Of a stretch of 64,000 nucleotides of DNA, positions 60,292 to 64,000 are shown one piece after another; within the stretch, counting starts at the first letter, position 1; every line of letters begins with the position of its first letter. A program made the position numbers and the translations under genes. Source of the DNA: Botryllus schlosseri (lineage: Eukaryota); contig JBPPKV010000064.1 of NCBI GenBank assembly GCA_051294905.1, positions 1-64,000 on the forward strand. Direction: 5' to 3'. The notes beneath the pieces were generated by a model, which saw only the letters and a program-made list of their open reading frames with translations, did no database searches and was not told the origin of the DNA.

Positions 60292-63200
60292 ATTCGACGA
60301 GATTTTGTTAGGTATTGGTAATCTAAAAAAGATTTGCTGAGGTACAAAAAGCATTTAAATAGTTTGAGTCGACTCCTTGAATTCCTCTACAGTCGATTAT
60401 ACACATACATCGTACATACGTATTGCCACGGCAATTACCCTTCTATATTATATGCAAGTCACACACGTAGCTATAACTTATAAATATAGGCTATAGGCTA
60501 TAAACTGACATTCGCATGCTGAAAGAGTCCTTTATAGTTAGACTAATTAAATAGCATTTTCATACCAAAATCCCCCATACTCATTTCAGCAATATTAACT
60601 AATTAATATAGATCCGTTTGCATTGGGTCTTATTGTTTAGTCGGAACTCAAAAGTTAAGATATGGTCTGTTCACGTGTGTGTGAGCAAACTTGGATAAAT
60701 TTAAAGGTTCGCGTTGTTTCGAAATACCAGTATTGTACAGAAACATTAACAGTTTTGACCACCATTCTTTGATTTCAACTTCCCCTCATTGGTTGCCGCA
60801 AGATGACAACGATAACGGAAATTCAATAAGATAAATCCTGATTCATTGATTGACATTGGTGCAAAATAACTCAAGGGACCGAATGTTTTCCGAGCGGCCT
60901 AAATATACGATCATTGCTGACCGAAAATTCGCCCCAGATACATCATGATTTGATCAACAAAATGTTGTAACATCGCGATAAGACATTTCGCTCCGAGCTT
61001 GTACTGACTGACGATAATACCTCGACAACAGAATGCGGCGAAGACACGAAGTCGAACTTTGATTTGCCAAGCCAAAACGCCAACTAAGATAATATGCATG
61101 ATGCCTATTGCCTATACAAGGGAATTGGTCTTTCTCGCTAAGGGAACCTTCCGTTGTCGGGAAAGGGTCACCTCTCCCGATTGCGCGCCTGGTGGCGCCC
61201 CTGCTCTGTCGCCAAATTCCTCCTTACTACGGTGAAATTACTAACACGCTGGGAACCTCTGTGGTTAGAAACAGTCCCATAACGGGATTGTACTCTCTGA
61301 AGTCTTAATCATTATACGAAATCCAAAATCACTGTGGAGCATGCGTTCCATCGTTTATAGACTGCATGAGCATGAGCATTGAGCATAATTTATCACCAAA
61401 TTGGCATCGTTACAGGCAGTCCCACCATGCATATTCGGCAATAATATATCAGAACGCCAACGGCATATACGTTGCCCAACGAAATGACACGAAGTCAAGT
61501 CAAAATTCATATCCAGCGTACTATCAACGAGAGTTATAGAGGCCTTGCTAATTTGCATGCTCAAAATTAATTACTTCAACACACGCCGAAACCTACGTAA
61601 ACGCTGCTATTCAAAACGCTGTCACTCTTTCCCGGACTGCTCGTTGGAATGGACTGCTTTCCGCGAATCAGCACCTTATATGAGTTGTTTGTGTAATAAC
61701 ATGCGGAGCCATCGATAGCCGAAATCAATCCGTGGTTTCGCCTTCCTTCGCCAAATACTTACTGATCAATCAATCGATTTTTATTAAACGAAGTTATCAT
61801 AAGAGACGTAAAATCCATCGCCGCCTACTTTGATTAATATGCATTAACCTCTGATTGATATTAATACACTTCGTGTCATTCGTTTTCATTACGAGATAAG
61901 ATTTTGTTGGCCACAGTGAGTGAATGGGACATGCGGTTGCGTGGTGCTCTGCCATTGTTTTCACGAATGCGTTTCGATTCACCCTCTAATGAACATCTCA
62001 GTATCCGATATCCTGTCTGCATTCTCATCGATATTAAACTTCGCGGTTATTTAATTTTCCCATAGGATAAATGGCGCGTTATCAAAACAACATCTCAGTT
62101 ACCAAACACGCGTTAAGAATTTTTTGACCGAGGCGATTCCACCTTGGCTTAATTATACGAGAACATATACCAATTACCATGGTTTAAAACCCATACATTA
62201 TTTTCAGGAAAATATACTGCCCACGAGCGACACTGGTACTCCGAAATGGTAACTTGAATGTTAACTTGATTTTGTGAAAACTGTAAAGAGTGTATGTGGT
62301 ACGCATTGCGCCCATCCGAATTGATTAGATCATTTTCAGGAAAAGCTCCTTATACTTTTTAGACCAGTGGTTCGCAACTTTTTTGTCTTCATTCCCCACT
62401 ACCCAAAACTCCTACATACCCTTTAAAATAGGGTTTCACTATTTTGAAGTCCTAAAAAGAGGACTTGCGGTAAATTCTGAAAGCTCCAAGAAAACTGATG
62501 ATTTTGAAATTTTTTCGGCCGATAGCATTGTGTTGACTGAAAAAAGGTCGTCATTCTGACTCGGTTCCTGATTTTTTACGAAACTTAGACGTTCGATGAG
62601 TCGGAGTCGCATTTTTTGTGGCATTTAAATTCCTTTCAGAGAAAAAGAGGACAAATTCCCAAAAAAGAGGACATTTCGGCGTCCTCCGAGGACACTTTAA
62701 ATTTATCATTCTCGATACTTACATTCCTGAGCTGTTAATTGGTAACGGTAATCGCGCATGTATCTCCGTAAATATGTAGACCATCCCGTACATAATGTTT
62801 AACAAATGCTTTTATTCCCCACCAGAAACCATTGAATTCCCCACCAGTGCGGAATTTCCCACCGGTTGGGAACCCCTGCTTTAGACTTTTATGAGTGAAA
62901 TCACCATATGAACCACGTGAAATATCCATCACACTAACTGCGAAGATTTTTCTTATTTCTAGCATCAGTCGTCATTTAGCGTGAGTAGAGAAGATCCATT
63001 TCGCAATCTCGACAGTACGTGCAGCTGATTAGCTGCCAAAAGTATTTGAACCCGCAACCAAATCTACAAACCAAGTCACAAGGCTCCAAGTCACAAGTCA
63101 ATCTCACTTTTACAGTTTTGACCAGAGTCAAGTCGAGTCATTTTCAATTCACCACCGAGTCAAGTCAGCCAGCAGATGGTCGAGTCCGAGTCATGGTATT

Positions 63201-63891
63201 ATGACTCGAGTCCGAGTCCAATTCATTGTGTTGACTGCTAAGTTTCTAGTTAGAGTCATGTTAAATCCACTTTTATAGCTCTGCTTGGTGATATCGAATG
63301 GTCCGCATTTATAATATATCAAGTTTCCTCACTTTTAGCAGTTTTTGGTCGCATTTTCAAGTACCAGTACCAATTTACGATATCCCAATAGTGTGGCTAC
63401 TTTACTATTCTTCGAAATTTCAATGAAATGTCGGTCGACGGTCTTCGTCGTCCGAGTCTCGAGTCATATGACTTGATTCGAGTCATGCGCAATGACTCGA
63501 GTCCAAGTCGAGTCAATACACAAATTGACTCGAGTCATTTCCGTATTTTGGGAAAATGACTCGTGTCAAGTCGAGTCATCAGAAAATCGTGACTCGAGTC
63601 ATTACAGCCTTGAACCTTTCATTTCCTACTTCAACTCACAGCAGTTTAGTGGACAAAACTACTTCTATTTGTAATATGGCCGGGTGGCAATACTGACTAC
63701 TTTTACCATCTCTCGATGCCGCTAATGCTTTTTCATGATCCCTAATCTGCCGACTTATGTCAAGCTCCTTTAAGCCGCCACCTCCGCGAATCATATGGTG
63801 AGGAGCTTAGATAAACTTCCAACACTTTGGCAGGAGTTCTAGCAAACCATACTGTTGCAGCTAACGTACCACTACGGAGTACGGACTACGT

Positions 63892-64000
63892 CAGTGTTGG
63901 GATGACTCGAGTCATCGTTTTCGTATGACTTGACTTGACTTGACTCGAGTCACTTTACTAAAATGACTTGACTTGACTCGGCGTGTCAGAAATGTGGACA
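63892..64000. mobile_element. Left end of a 'gactcgagtc' hAT-like element running off the window
   Basis: cagtgttgggatgactcgagtc..., matching 23219 and the reverse complement of the 45410 end. Confidence 0.8.

Noticed and set aside
60660-61564. Hydrophobic minus-strand fragments suggesting a membrane-protein gene
   Set aside because: Frames are broken by stops and no consistent exon chain or family was found.

Overview
AT-rich eukaryotic genomic DNA with many short (60-80 nt) spliceosomal introns, most likely an ascidian (tunicate): a three-exon single-domain betagamma-crystallin closely resembles the Ciona protein (inference from recalled sequence). Genes rebuilt by hand from splice sites: a complete 14-exon SLC5A/SGLT sodium-sugar cotransporter (48796-57929, +, 668 aa, one GC-AG intron); an upstream tandem SLC5A paralog that has lost its 5' part at a young I/Jockey-group LINE sitting inside exon 3 (40870-47062, +); the betagamma-crystallin (59678-60291, -), absent from the ORF track; a frameshifted GST fragment (~32.2 kb); an intronless Mcl-1-like Bcl-2-family ORF (17406-17873); and phase-compatible exons of an unidentified protein with SUMO-interaction and NLS-like motifs and an internally duplicated exon pair (11996-25278). 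The Bcl-2 ORF follows a near-identical tandem/inverted patchwork inside an ~8 kb intronic segment missing from the paralogous intron, the best candidate for an undescribed mobile cargo. The rest is a dense nested stack of non-autonomous DNA transposons (mostly hAT-like, 8-bp TSDs), tRNA-derived SINEs, minisatellites and a 328-bp near-perfect inverted repeat. All coordinates were read manually; no database searches were run.
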